Positions 1-7,695 of a stretch of DNA of 24,692 bases are shown in pieces. The notes under the pieces were generated by a model. It was not told the origin of the DNA, did not search any database, and worked only from the letters and a program-made list of their open reading frames with translations. Where the stretch lies: IMG/VR virus record IMGVR_UViG_3300012232_000049, positions 1-24,692 of that record. One strand, given 5' to 3'. A program made the translations under genes and the position numbers. The DNA is from a virus. Taxonomy: Duplodnaviria; Caudoviricetes. Every line of letters begins with the position of its first letter. Positions within the stretch are counted from its first letter, which is position 1.

Positions 1-611
1 CGGTACTGCGGCTCAGCATTATCTTCACTCGTGAATTCGAACGAATCCGTATCGAAGACCTGTGCAGCAGTGGGAATCTCCATCGTGTACATACCAGCAC
101 CGAAGGGTACGGTAGTTGGCCAAATAGGTGTCAATGCTGCCTGCGTCGTCTCATTACTACCGACGATCTTGACATTGAACATAAGCGTACCATCAGGGCC
201 AACCGAGAAGGTATAGCTACCAACGACACAACCGACGTAGCCCATAACTTCAGCGTTGCGCTTAATGGAGATCGAAAGCGTCTTAACTGGCACTGCAGCA
301 GAAGTAGGTGTGAACGTATATACGTAAGGACCTGCACCCGACTTAACAAGCAGCGTACGAGAAGCCGTTAGGAAATATGGAACGACATCATCGAAAGCCT
401 CCATATTGATTTCGCCTTCGATGTGAACGTTACCGAACACAGCTCCGACAAGGCCTGACGTATTTCGAATCGGACGACGCCAAACTGTATCTTGCACGTA
501 GCCAAGCGATTCACTGATAAACGGAACAAACTTCTCAGGCGCTAAATACGTATTCGCCGTAGCTTCACGAGCAACGCCTAAAATACCAGATGCACCAATT
601 GCGACAGCCAT
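1..611 (-). CDS. Major tail tube protein (3' end beyond the window edge)
   Basis: Not in the ORF track because it is truncated. ATG at 611 overlaps the upstream stop (TAATG). Reads MAVAIGASGILGVAREATANTYLAPEKFVPFISESLGYVQDTVWRRPIR... and stays open to the edge. The N-terminus is tail-tube-like and the gene follows the tail terminator. Confidence 0.8.
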   Translation of the reverse strand, partial: MAVAIGASGILGVAREATANTYLAPEKFVPFISESLGYVQDTVWRRPIRNTSGLVGAVFGNVHIEGEINMEAFDDVVPYFLTASRTLLVKSGAGPYVYTFTPTSAAVPVKTLSISIKRNAEVMGYVGCVVGSYTFSVGPDGTLMFNVKIVGSNETTQAALTPIWPTTVPFGAGMYTMEIPTAAQVFDTDSFEFTSEDNAEPQY

Positions 612-937
612 TAGTTCTCACTCCCTTCAGGATTGGTAGGCACAGACTTCTCCTTAGCAGGCTTGACACTAGTAGCTGCTGCCTTGGACTTCCCTTCAAC
701 AACAATACTCGTATTGCCCTCAAAGGCTTCCTCTAGCGTTCGCCCAGGGACAATCGAATTCTGGTGATTACCGTCCTCACCAATTTCAGTCTGAATCGTG
801 GAATGCTTCGCCTGGAACATATCTGCTAGCTCGTCCGAAATATCATTCGTTGAACCGTTAGCAAACACTCCTAGTCCATCAACCTCGACTTCAGTACCCT
901 CAGGTAAGTCGGGCAAATTAATTGAAATCGTATACAT
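611..937 (-). CDS. Hypothetical acidic virion-module protein (108 aa)
   Basis: GGAGGG RBS; lies between tail terminator and tail tube with an overlapping stop/start. Confidence 0.7.
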   Translation of the reverse strand: MYTISINLPDLPEGTEVEVDGLGVFANGSTNDISDELADMFQAKHSTIQTEIGEDGNHQNSIVPGRTLEEAFEGNTSIVVEGKSKAAATSVKPAKEKSVPTNPEGSEN

Positions 938-948
938 GTCGTTCCCTC

Positions 949-1386
949 CTAACCGGGTAACTGATTTTGAGATATGGCTGAAAATGTTAAACGACTAGCA
1001 CGCATAAGAGTCGTACCTTTAGTTATGTATCCTGAAGCTATTTCATCAATCATGCAGTGTGTTACTAAGCCACCTAAGTCTCTATCCGCATGAACAAATG
1101 TTTCTAAAGCTTCAGCTAAAGCATCCGCATTACGTCTATTATCTTGCGGTGACGCAACCTGGCTATGATACACTATGATGTAGACCTTAAATTCTACATT
1201 CACAGTTCTAAAGGCACTCTTGAGCGTATTTGTCTTTGTTTCCGGTTCAATACATAAAGCAGGCGTTACAGGTACTCGATTCTGATCTCCATAATAAACA
1301 GCCTCAAGACCGAGGTCTATTTTATTATCATTGAACTTGTCAAAGAGCTTATTAGCAATTACAGACAATGAGGGCGTAAGTGGCAT
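949..1386 (-). CDS. Putative tail terminator / tail completion protein
   Basis: 145 aa; 'VYYGDQ...PALCIEP' and 'D.DLGGLV' patterns; position just upstream of the tail tube region. Confidence 0.65.
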   Translation of the reverse strand: MPLTPSLSVIANKLFDKFNDNKIDLGLEAVYYGDQNRVPVTPALCIEPETKTNTLKSAFRTVNVEFKVYIIVYHSQVASPQDNRRNADALAEALETFVHADRDLGGLVTHCMIDEIASGYITKGTTLMRASRLTFSAISQNQLPG

Positions 1387-1979
1387 TACAACCTCCCGAA
1401 GGAAGCCAGTGCAAGTTTCTCATCAACCCATTTGACAAAGACATCATGAATCGCTTCTTTGTCCTCTACCTGAATCATAAGAAATGGCCTGGCAGGAATA
1501 GCAGCCACTTCGCGCTTACCACTTGCGCGGGGCTGTGGTATTCCTGTCCGGCCACCCGTACCTTCATGGCGACCCATTCCACCCTGATGAACCTTACCAT
1601 ACCAGACTTTTTGTGGCAAGTCTTTAATGATAGCGGAATCTTGTGAAATAGTCCAAATATTCTGTTGTGTTGCCACGCGCTTTAGATCATGTGACCAAAG
1701 AAGAATCGCATCATGCGGCAAACCCCAACGCCTACGAACTTCAAGCGTACCTTCAGATAAAGGTTTCCATGCAGGTCGACCACCAACATCAAAGTTCTTC
1801 GCAATGCTTGGAATCATAACTTGCTTAACTGAGCGCTTCAATGGTTCACTAAATGAACGAATACCTAATGCTGCTTTATCAATACGACCAGCTGCGATAC
1901 CAATAGTAGGTTCGAAGTGAATATCCAAACCAAGAGCATTAGTACCAAGCTTGTTAGAAAAGCCCAGACCGGCTACCAT
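1386..1979 (-). CDS. Phage virion morphogenesis protein (Mu gpG-like)
   Basis: Motifs 'NFDVGGRPAWKPLS', 'YGKVHQGG' and 'IPARPFL' are typical of this family. Confidence 0.8.
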   Translation of the reverse strand: MVAGLGFSNKLGTNALGLDIHFEPTIGIAAGRIDKAALGIRSFSEPLKRSVKQVMIPSIAKNFDVGGRPAWKPLSEGTLEVRRRWGLPHDAILLWSHDLKRVATQQNIWTISQDSAIIKDLPQKVWYGKVHQGGMGRHEGTGGRTGIPQPRASGKREVAAIPARPFLMIQVEDKEAIHDVFVKWVDEKLALASFGRL

Positions 1980-2422
1980 ATCTGCCCCATAGAAAAAACA
2001 GGCCCACCAAGACTAGGATCATCAAAGGTAGGACTCTGCGCAGATGAGGCATCTGTAGGATAGAAATCTGCAGTATCAGGATTAGAAGGTGGAGTCGTAA
2101 CATCATCAAGAACTAATGTACCTGTTACAATACCACTAATTAACTTTTCAGCCTGACTAATAAGCAGCTGGCCGTAATTACTAATATCTTCGTCCTCCGA
2201 GTAAGTACGAAGATAGAACCAACCAGTATAAAGCATAGCAAGAATTTTGCGAACAAGTTTAGGTGTAGTAGTTTCATCCATCCATGTGGAGACGTCGTAG
2301 ACATTGCCAAGCTCTGCAAAGAGTTGGGTCGCCTGCGACGTCTCCAGATCAGCATCGATCGAATCGATGATTAGCTTATTCTTGTCAGCATAAGCATTCG
2401 CTTCGTCCACACTGATGTACAT
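1973..2422 (-). CDS. Putative head-to-tail adaptor (Mu gp36/DUF1320-like)
   Basis: N-terminal 'MYISVDE', 'TPKLVRKI' and 'AEKLISGIVTG' patterns; synteny after the capsid gene. Confidence 0.65.
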   Translation of the reverse strand: MYISVDEANAYADKNKLIIDSIDADLETSQATQLFAELGNVYDVSTWMDETTTPKLVRKILAMLYTGWFYLRTYSEDEDISNYGQLLISQAEKLISGIVTGTLVLDDVTTPPSNPDTADFYPTDASSAQSPTFDDPSLGGPVFSMGQIW

Positions 2423-2434
2423 GGATGAACTTCC

Positions 2435-2677
2435 TTACTTAACGGGCTTAGCTTCGGCGGCAGCGAGCGCAGCTTCAAGCTCTGCGACACGTGCCTCGAG
2501 CGCGGCCTTCTCTCCATCATCGACCACAGGTCCAGGAAGCTCACCAACCAAACCCTGGTCCGTGAGATCCTTGACGACGTCCTTCGGGAGATCCTTAACT
2601 GACTCGCCATAAGCGACCTCAGTCACGGAACCGTCTTCCTCGCCGTGCGAAATGTTCGTAAGTGCAACAGCAGCCAT
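2435..2677 (-). CDS. Small hypothetical head-module protein with C-terminal coiled coil
   Basis: Strong AGGAGG RBS directly after the capsid stop; 80 aa; ends in 'ALEARVAELEAAL'. Confidence 0.7.
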   Translation of the reverse strand: MAAVALTNISHGEEDGSVTEVAYGESVKDLPKDVVKDLTDQGLVGELPGPVVDDGEKAALEARVAELEAALAAAEAKPVK

Positions 2678-2689
2678 AACTCAACCCTC

Positions 2690-3691
2690 CTAGGCGATAG
2701 CGTTCTTGATAAGGTAACCCGTGATGGACTTGCCGAAATCGCCCGATCCCGGATTGATCTCGACGCCGACCATCTTAAGGTCGTAACGACGACCGACGCG
2801 AATAAGATCGGACTTGCGCCGATCCTCACGCCAACGATCAACCATCTGAGCCTTTCCACCATACGACCAGACGAACTCGTAGCCGAATGCAGGAATCTTG
2901 ATACCGGCGCGCGGGGGAACCCAGGCAATAACAACATCCTTGCCCCACAAGTAGCTGGCAGTAACAGCATTGCCAGCAGTACCAACCGAACCCGTACCAT
3001 AACCAACGCCGGGAACAATAACCGTCTGCAGACCGAAGACCGCAGCGATAATTTCCGGAGTCAGAATCGCACGCTCAGAGTACTGAATACGTGCAATGAT
3101 GGAAGGGTGATCCTCGAGAGTGGACATCACCAGATAAGGAATAACGGCGACATTCGGCTCCATGAAGACCTTAGCGTGAATAGCCCGAACAGCAGTCCGG
3201 ATATTCGGAATCGGCGTGGAGTTGGTGTAATCATTCCACTGTGTGGTACCCGAAAGCGTAACCGTATTCGCCGTAGCGTAGTTAGCCGCAGTCGTGACCA
3301 TCGTCTTCATCTTAAGCTCACGGCTCAGGATGATCTTGCTGGTAACGAGCTCCGTGCCATCACGATCAGGTGAAAGAGGCGAGTCGGTGTTCTCTCGCTC
3401 CTCATCAGTCACTGCAATCTGAAGTGCGTGCTCCTGTGCGTAGTACGTATCAAGAGAAACCTTCAGACCAGGAATCTCATTTGCCTCGGTGCCAGGTGCG
3501 CGGTAGTCATTCGACTCCGGAAGCCAAGCCTCACGGCCGAACACGTAGTACTTATCAGACTGCTTACGAACGCCAACGACCGGGAAAAGCTGTTCCCCTA
3601 CAAGACCGTTATTCGGCCATCCAAGGGAGATTTGAGTTAGAACGGCATCGATGTGAACGTTGCCTGTACCAGTAGGCTGGTAAACTGCCAT
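2690..3691 (-). CDS. Major capsid protein
   Basis: 333 aa; 'HIDAVLTQISLGWPN...LFPVVGV' and 'RAPGTEAN' resemble Mu-like/lambda-E-like capsids; GGGAGG RBS; follows protease and decoration genes. Confidence 0.9.
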   Translation of the reverse strand: MAVYQPTGTGNVHIDAVLTQISLGWPNNGLVGEQLFPVVGVRKQSDKYYVFGREAWLPESNDYRAPGTEANEIPGLKVSLDTYYAQEHALQIAVTDEERENTDSPLSPDRDGTELVTSKIILSRELKMKTMVTTAANYATANTVTLSGTTQWNDYTNSTPIPNIRTAVRAIHAKVFMEPNVAVIPYLVMSTLEDHPSIIARIQYSERAILTPEIIAAVFGLQTVIVPGVGYGTGSVGTAGNAVTASYLWGKDVVIAWVPPRAGIKIPAFGYEFVWSYGGKAQMVDRWREDRRKSDLIRVGRRYDLKMVGVEINPGSGDFGKSITGYLIKNAIA

Positions 3692-3705
3692 TTACTACAC
3701 CTCCC

Positions 3706-4119
3706 TTAGTAGAGTCCGCCCGGAGTGAGCTGGACGTCGATGTGATCTCCAGCTGCACCTGCGGCAGTCAGAGCAATACCTAATACCGGAAGCAGCTGTG
3801 CACCAGCTGCAGTGCGCGCACGAGGAATCGCACGAGCAGTGGCATCGTTAGTAACGCGATCGTTAATGGCAACTGGAGCACCAGCCTGAACCCTAACGAT
3901 ACCTCCCATTGCACAGCTGACAATTGCTTTGCCAGTAGCAAGTCGGGTCGTGTCAAGGTCTTCCATAACGACGTAAAGCGGCGTAGTAACGTTAGCAGTA
4001 GCTGCACGTGCAACAGCCGCTTCAGTTGACGTTGGCGTTACAATCTCGCCAGTCGCATATGCCGTAGCGCCAGTAGCAAGGAAGCCCTTGTTAAGCCCAT
4101 AATTCGGTCCAACACCCAT
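3706..4119 (-). CDS. Capsid decoration/cement protein (DUF2190-like)
   Basis: Ala/Gly-rich 137 aa between scaffold and capsid; C-terminal 'GIALTAAGAAGDHIDVQL'. Confidence 0.75.
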   Translation of the reverse strand: MGVGPNYGLNKGFLATGATAYATGEIVTPTSTEAAVARAATANVTTPLYVVMEDLDTTRLATGKAIVSCAMGGIVRVQAGAPVAINDRVTNDATARAIPRARTAAGAQLLPVLGIALTAAGAAGDHIDVQLTPGGLY

Positions 4120-4136
4120 TTCTAGTTACTCCCTTC

Positions 4137-4790
4137 TTACTCTCGCCCAGCATAGGACTCGTTCTGGTACTCCGCAAACAGCATCGGATCATCAGCAGCA
4201 ACACGCACAACGGCGTCAGCGTAACTGAGCTCCTTATCAGACTCACGAAGCTTTACAACAGCTGCAGCCATCTTATCGGAAGCTGACGCAGTACCACCTT
4301 CGGGACGACCATGACCCTGCTCGCCCAACTTAACAAGCCCGACCTCAAGCAGCTTGTCAAACGCACCAATGACCGACTCACCAAGCTGCTTCGGGGACTC
4401 GTTAAGTGCCTTAGTCAGTGCCTCAATCGTCACTGGCGGAATGGCATAACCAGACTTAGCAGCCTTCTCGTTCAGCTTGGCAACCGTAGTGGCTGTGTCA
4501 GCCTCGCGAAGCTTCTTATTCGTCTCAGCAAGCATTGCACCCTGAGCGGTCACCATCTCAACGAGGGCTCGCACGGCAGGATCCTTGCTCTCTGACAGCT
4601 TCTTAATAGCATCATTCTCCGAAGCTGCAACAGGCAGCTTACCCTCTTCGCCCGAGTCGTCAGACTCTTCGGACTCTTCGGGATCGGGATCCGCAGACTT
4701 AGCCTCAGCGGCAGCGAAGACCTGCTCGGCAGTGGCGTCCTCCGGAAGACCAGCCAGCTTTGCAAGCGCCTTAAGCTGTTCTGGAGTCAT
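4137..4790 (-). CDS. Scaffolding protein from an internal in-frame start (Mu gpZ-like)
   Basis: AAGGAGG lies 7 nt before an in-frame ATG at 4790 (MTPEQLKALAKLAGLPEDAT...), exactly at the protease/scaffold boundary. Confidence 0.65.
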   Translation of the reverse strand: MTPEQLKALAKLAGLPEDATAEQVFAAAEAKSADPDPEESEESDDSGEEGKLPVAASENDAIKKLSESKDPAVRALVEMVTAQGAMLAETNKKLREADTATTVAKLNEKAAKSGYAIPPVTIEALTKALNESPKQLGESVIGAFDKLLEVGLVKLGEQGHGRPEGGTASASDKMAAAVVKLRESDKELSYADAVVRVAADDPMLFAEYQNESYAGRE

Positions 4791-5303
4791 GGACGTTCCT
4801 CCTTCATTCATCTGTTGGTCGCCAGCGTGCTCGAACACCTCTGACATATTGATGGGTAAGATATCTTTCAAGAAGGGACGATTAGTAATCCCTCCGCCAA
4901 ACAATACATCCTTGAACACTTGACCAGTCTTCGGATGCGTCCATTCGTCAACAAACTCCGGAGAGAAGTAACGATAGGCCTTCTGCTTGATCTGATCATA
5001 TGCCTTCTTAGTCCAATCGACCAGAAGCCAAAGACCGTCAGGACGAGCATCTGCTTGGCTAACCCAGCCCGCAGCTTCACCACCATTTGCTTTATGGTCG
5101 TAATCGATATCCAGTTGCTGCTCTCTCGCGTTATTATTAACGTTTGAGGCAAACTGAACAACACGCTCAGGCGTGATCTCGATCTTACCGTGAACTGGAT
5201 GAGTATATGTACCAAGTGGCATTGCCTGAATCCAGGTAGATGTACTGTCTTCTTCAAACTTGACACTACTTAATTCTACCCAATAACCAGCACTTTTGGC
5301 CAT
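4137..5303 (-). CDS. Mu gpI-like prohead protease with C-terminal scaffold
   Basis: Motifs 'IDYDH', 'AAGW', 'W...A...I....YRYFSPEF' and 'TNRPFL'; acidic helical C-terminal half. Confidence 0.9.
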   Translation of the reverse strand: MAKSAGYWVELSSVKFEEDSTSTWIQAMPLGTYTHPVHGKIEITPERVVQFASNVNNNAREQQLDIDYDHKANGGEAAGWVSQADARPDGLWLLVDWTKKAYDQIKQKAYRYFSPEFVDEWTHPKTGQVFKDVLFGGGITNRPFLKDILPINMSEVFEHAGDQQMNEGGTSMTPEQLKALAKLAGLPEDATAEQVFAAAEAKSADPDPEESEESDDSGEEGKLPVAASENDAIKKLSESKDPAVRALVEMVTAQGAMLAETNKKLREADTATTVAKLNEKAAKSGYAIPPVTIEALTKALNESPKQLGESVIGAFDKLLEVGLVKLGEQGHGRPEGGTASASDKMAAAVVKLRESDKELSYADAVVRVAADDPMLFAEYQNESYAGRE

Positions 5304-5322
5304 TTCACCCTCCTCTCCTTGT

Positions 5323-5374
5323 ATTGTATCAGTTTACTACTAGGGAACTACACGAACAAAGATATAAAGGTAAC
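5323..5374 (-). promoter_or_regulatory. Putative late promoter copy 1 (GTTACCTTTATATCT box, 31 bp, TACAAT)
   Basis: Same box and spacing as 11030-11081 and 18603-18654; upstream of the protease/capsid genes. Confidence 0.65.
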
Positions 5375-5382
5375 ATCATGTA

Positions 5383-5457
5383 TTACCTTCGAACGAGCAT
5401 AATAATTAAAATTGCTGCAATTCCAATTGTATCAACAATAAGTAGAATCTGATTCAT
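5383..5457 (-). CDS. 24-aa hydrophobic membrane peptide MNQILLIVDTIGIAAILIIMLVRR
   Basis: Below the ORF-track cutoff. GGAGGTGA RBS overlaps the stop region of the Rpf-like gene; one TM helix followed by RR. Confidence 0.7.
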   Translation of the reverse strand: MNQILLIVDTIGIAAILIIMLVRR

Positions 5458-5469
5458 AGCATTCACCTC

Positions 5470-5892
5470 CTAGGTACCTGGACACCATGTCCCATGCCAC
5501 ATACGTAACCCATTATGCTTGTATACATGTAAGAATGCTGCATCTTGTACCCATGCAGGTGCATCCTTTGCTTCATCATACTTCTTAGCCACAAACTTAC
5601 CATTCACTTTGACCCATTCCTTCAGGCCATCCCACGTACCATTCAACCATTGACCTGCGCCACTGGCTGTTGAGACTGGATTCTCTCCTGTATAAGACAT
5701 TGACTCATGTCGTCTAATACAAAGCCATACCATTCTAATGTTATGTGGAACACCGTCCCAAACTTCTGGAACATTGCTATCCTGATATCTTCCTGCTAGA
5801 CCTCGATTTGGCCTTTGCTCTGCCCACTCGCGATCGTTGACCGGATCATTCGGAAGTGCCATTGCTAGGGATAATATTGTAGCTTCGAACAT
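5470..5892 (-). CDS. Rpf/SceD-like lytic transglycosylase (lysozyme fold)
   Basis: 'CIRRHES' catalytic Glu, 'NPVSTASGAGQW...TW', 'APAWVQDAA' and a terminal W...C; short hydrophobic N-terminus. Confidence 0.8.
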   Translation of the reverse strand: MFEATILSLAMALPNDPVNDREWAEQRPNRGLAGRYQDSNVPEVWDGVPHNIRMVWLCIRRHESMSYTGENPVSTASGAGQWLNGTWDGLKEWVKVNGKFVAKKYDEAKDAPAWVQDAAFLHVYKHNGLRMWHGTWCPGT

Positions 5893-5944
5893 GATGCTCC
5901 AATTTCAAGGGATGCCACTTGCCTGTGGCCTTCATACTATATTA

Positions 5945-6439
5945 CTAGGGTCTCAGGACAGGCTTGCCCTGCGTGTATGACCATCGAAGCTTCGGATTCA
6001 CGCGATACGGATTACGATCCTTACCACGGTTCGTCAGACCGTTGCGGCCAGCATCGTACTCGACAATCTGCCACTTCGCACCCTCGCTCATCTGAGCGTC
6101 GGTGGCGAACAAGACATGCAGATGAGGTTCCATGCCGTCACGCTCATCGCGGGTGAACGGCTGGGCGCCGCACTGCTTGAAGCACTGCGACAGTAGCCTA
6201 ATCTCCGCCCTATCGAGACCATCGCTCTCCGTCCGAACATCAGTGACTGCGTCACCATCATGAGTCGAACCTGACGCATCGATCGTATGCGAGAATGATC
6301 CCTGAGAGAGGTTGATCGTAAAGCGTGGTTTATTCGCTCGCTTACGAAACAAGGCCTGTGTGGCGAGGATGCAGTCCCGCACCCGGGCCGTCACCTTCCG
6401 ACCGTCGTACAGGACAATCGTGTTACCAGTCTCAGCCAT
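5945..6439 (-). CDS. Putative endolysin, M15/LAS-type zinc peptidase domain
   Basis: 'SQGS...ASGSTHDGDAVTD' (HxxxxxxD), 'PHLH' and 'Y.AGRNGL.N'; start placed at ATG 6439 using AAGGAGG; no obvious cell-wall binding domain. Confidence 0.75.
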   Translation of the reverse strand: MAETGNTIVLYDGRKVTARVRDCILATQALFRKRANKPRFTINLSQGSFSHTIDASGSTHDGDAVTDVRTESDGLDRAEIRLLSQCFKQCGAQPFTRDERDGMEPHLHVLFATDAQMSEGAKWQIVEYDAGRNGLTNRGKDRNPYRVNPKLRWSYTQGKPVLRP

Positions 6440-6794
6440 CGTCATCCTCCTTGGATATATCGTCAGGTGGGGGCTTCTTCTTTTCATTTTCTATCCGGTA
6501 CACAGTAGCAAGAGAACCCGCCAACGCGCCTATACCGACAGCGGCGAGGTTGTAAGCGTCGGAGTCACGACCAAGCAGCGCACCGACAAGAGCGAGTGCA
6601 GTAAGGATCGACAATGACACAATAAGTGGCGTCGGATGCTTTTCCTTACCGGCCTTATATAACAACCAACCAACCGCTAAGGAGAGCGCAAGACCTGCAA
6701 TGACTGCCAAGAGTATAACAAGAAAAGGACGCTCGCCAGGCAGAGTGATAACCCATACGTTATCATCAGCCGTCGGAACTGGGATTGGAGTCAT
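6432..6794 (-). CDS. Holin-like membrane protein (about 3 TM helices)
   Basis: Three hydrophobic segments and a highly charged C-terminus; overlaps the peptidase start. Confidence 0.6.
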   Translation of the reverse strand: MTPIPVPTADDNVWVITLPGERPFLVILLAVIAGLALSLAVGWLLYKAGKEKHPTPLIVSLSILTALALVGALLGRDSDAYNLAAVGIGALAGSLATVYRIENEKKKPPPDDISKEDDDG

Positions 6795-7693
6795 GCCGCC
6801 TCAATTAATTCGGTTAATGTAGTAGTACCCTGACTAGTAGGAGTAAACGGAATGCCAAGTAGATTTGGATCAGAATGATTCCAACAATACCAATAACACT
6901 TAAAAATACCTTCATCCTTACAAATATCATCTGTACGATTCATGTAATCAGCAATGGCTATATCAGACAGAGGACCACCTTGTAGATTGTAATTTGTTTC
7001 CGTAACCCACTTAGGCTTAGATGGTGCAGACAGACTAGTTAGCTTCTCTTGCCAGCTTTCTGCATACTCACGCCACCGACCTGGTGTATATCCAATCTCT
7101 GGATAGATATGAGCCGAATGAATATCAAACGGCCAACTCTTAGCCTTCAATGCACTTAAGTATTTTCCACCACGAATCATACCACCTGAAGATAAACGAG
7201 GAAGCACTGGACCACTTATTGTCTTTATGGAAGCATTAACCCCATGAATAGCATTATTTGCTATACGAGTCATTTCAGCTAGTGCCGTCCAATCATCGTA
7301 GCCCCAAAAGTCCTTAAGCTGTGGTTCATTCCAAATCTGGTATGATCCAATTCTGCCTAAGTACCTAGCAGCTACCTGAATACAAAATGCTTGCCAGTGA
7401 GTATTATCGATAGGTTGACTATTCGAACCTTGTCCAAGCCATGGTGCATAATTAGGAAGATAAGGATCCTTTGCCCACCATAATGGAGTCGCGCCAAGTA
7501 CATAAGTTAAGTTTGTCGCGCCTTGTGCAATTAACCCATTAACTACATAATCTAGACGAGTCCAATCATATACATTCGGAGCTATGTTAACATGTCGCCA
7601 CGTTACGCCCATATCCCAAATGCGATAATGTTCAACAGGAGCTGTACACCACCCAAGTTCTGGTGTAGGCACAGTCATCCCGTGAATCGTCAT
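6791..7693 (-). CDS. Clan GH-A glycoside hydrolase (GH39/GH5-like TIM barrel)
   Basis: 'YDWTRLD', acid/base 'YQIWNEP', 'SAHIYP' and nucleophile 'WVTETN'; GGAGG RBS inside the portal 3' end. Confidence 0.8.
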   Translation of the reverse strand: MTIHGMTVPTPELGWCTAPVEHYRIWDMGVTWRHVNIAPNVYDWTRLDYVVNGLIAQGATNLTYVLGATPLWWAKDPYLPNYAPWLGQGSNSQPIDNTHWQAFCIQVAARYLGRIGSYQIWNEPQLKDFWGYDDWTALAEMTRIANNAIHGVNASIKTISGPVLPRLSSGGMIRGGKYLSALKAKSWPFDIHSAHIYPEIGYTPGRWREYAESWQEKLTSLSAPSKPKWVTETNYNLQGGPLSDIAIADYMNRTDDICKDEGIFKCYWYCWNHSDPNLLGIPFTPTSQGTTTLTELIEAA

Positions 7694-7695
7694 TC

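Noticed and set aside
1586-1592. Other CTGATGA cores (also reverse-strand hits near 3402, 4191, 6764)
   Set aside because: Inside coding regions with no matching GAAA core or stems that I could find.
2645-3373. 242-aa + strand ORF and other long antisense ORFs (e.g. 8260-8808, 11691-12167, 19302-19856, 21336-21944)
   Set aside because: Shadows of well-supported genes on the opposite strand; no RBS or recognisable motifs.
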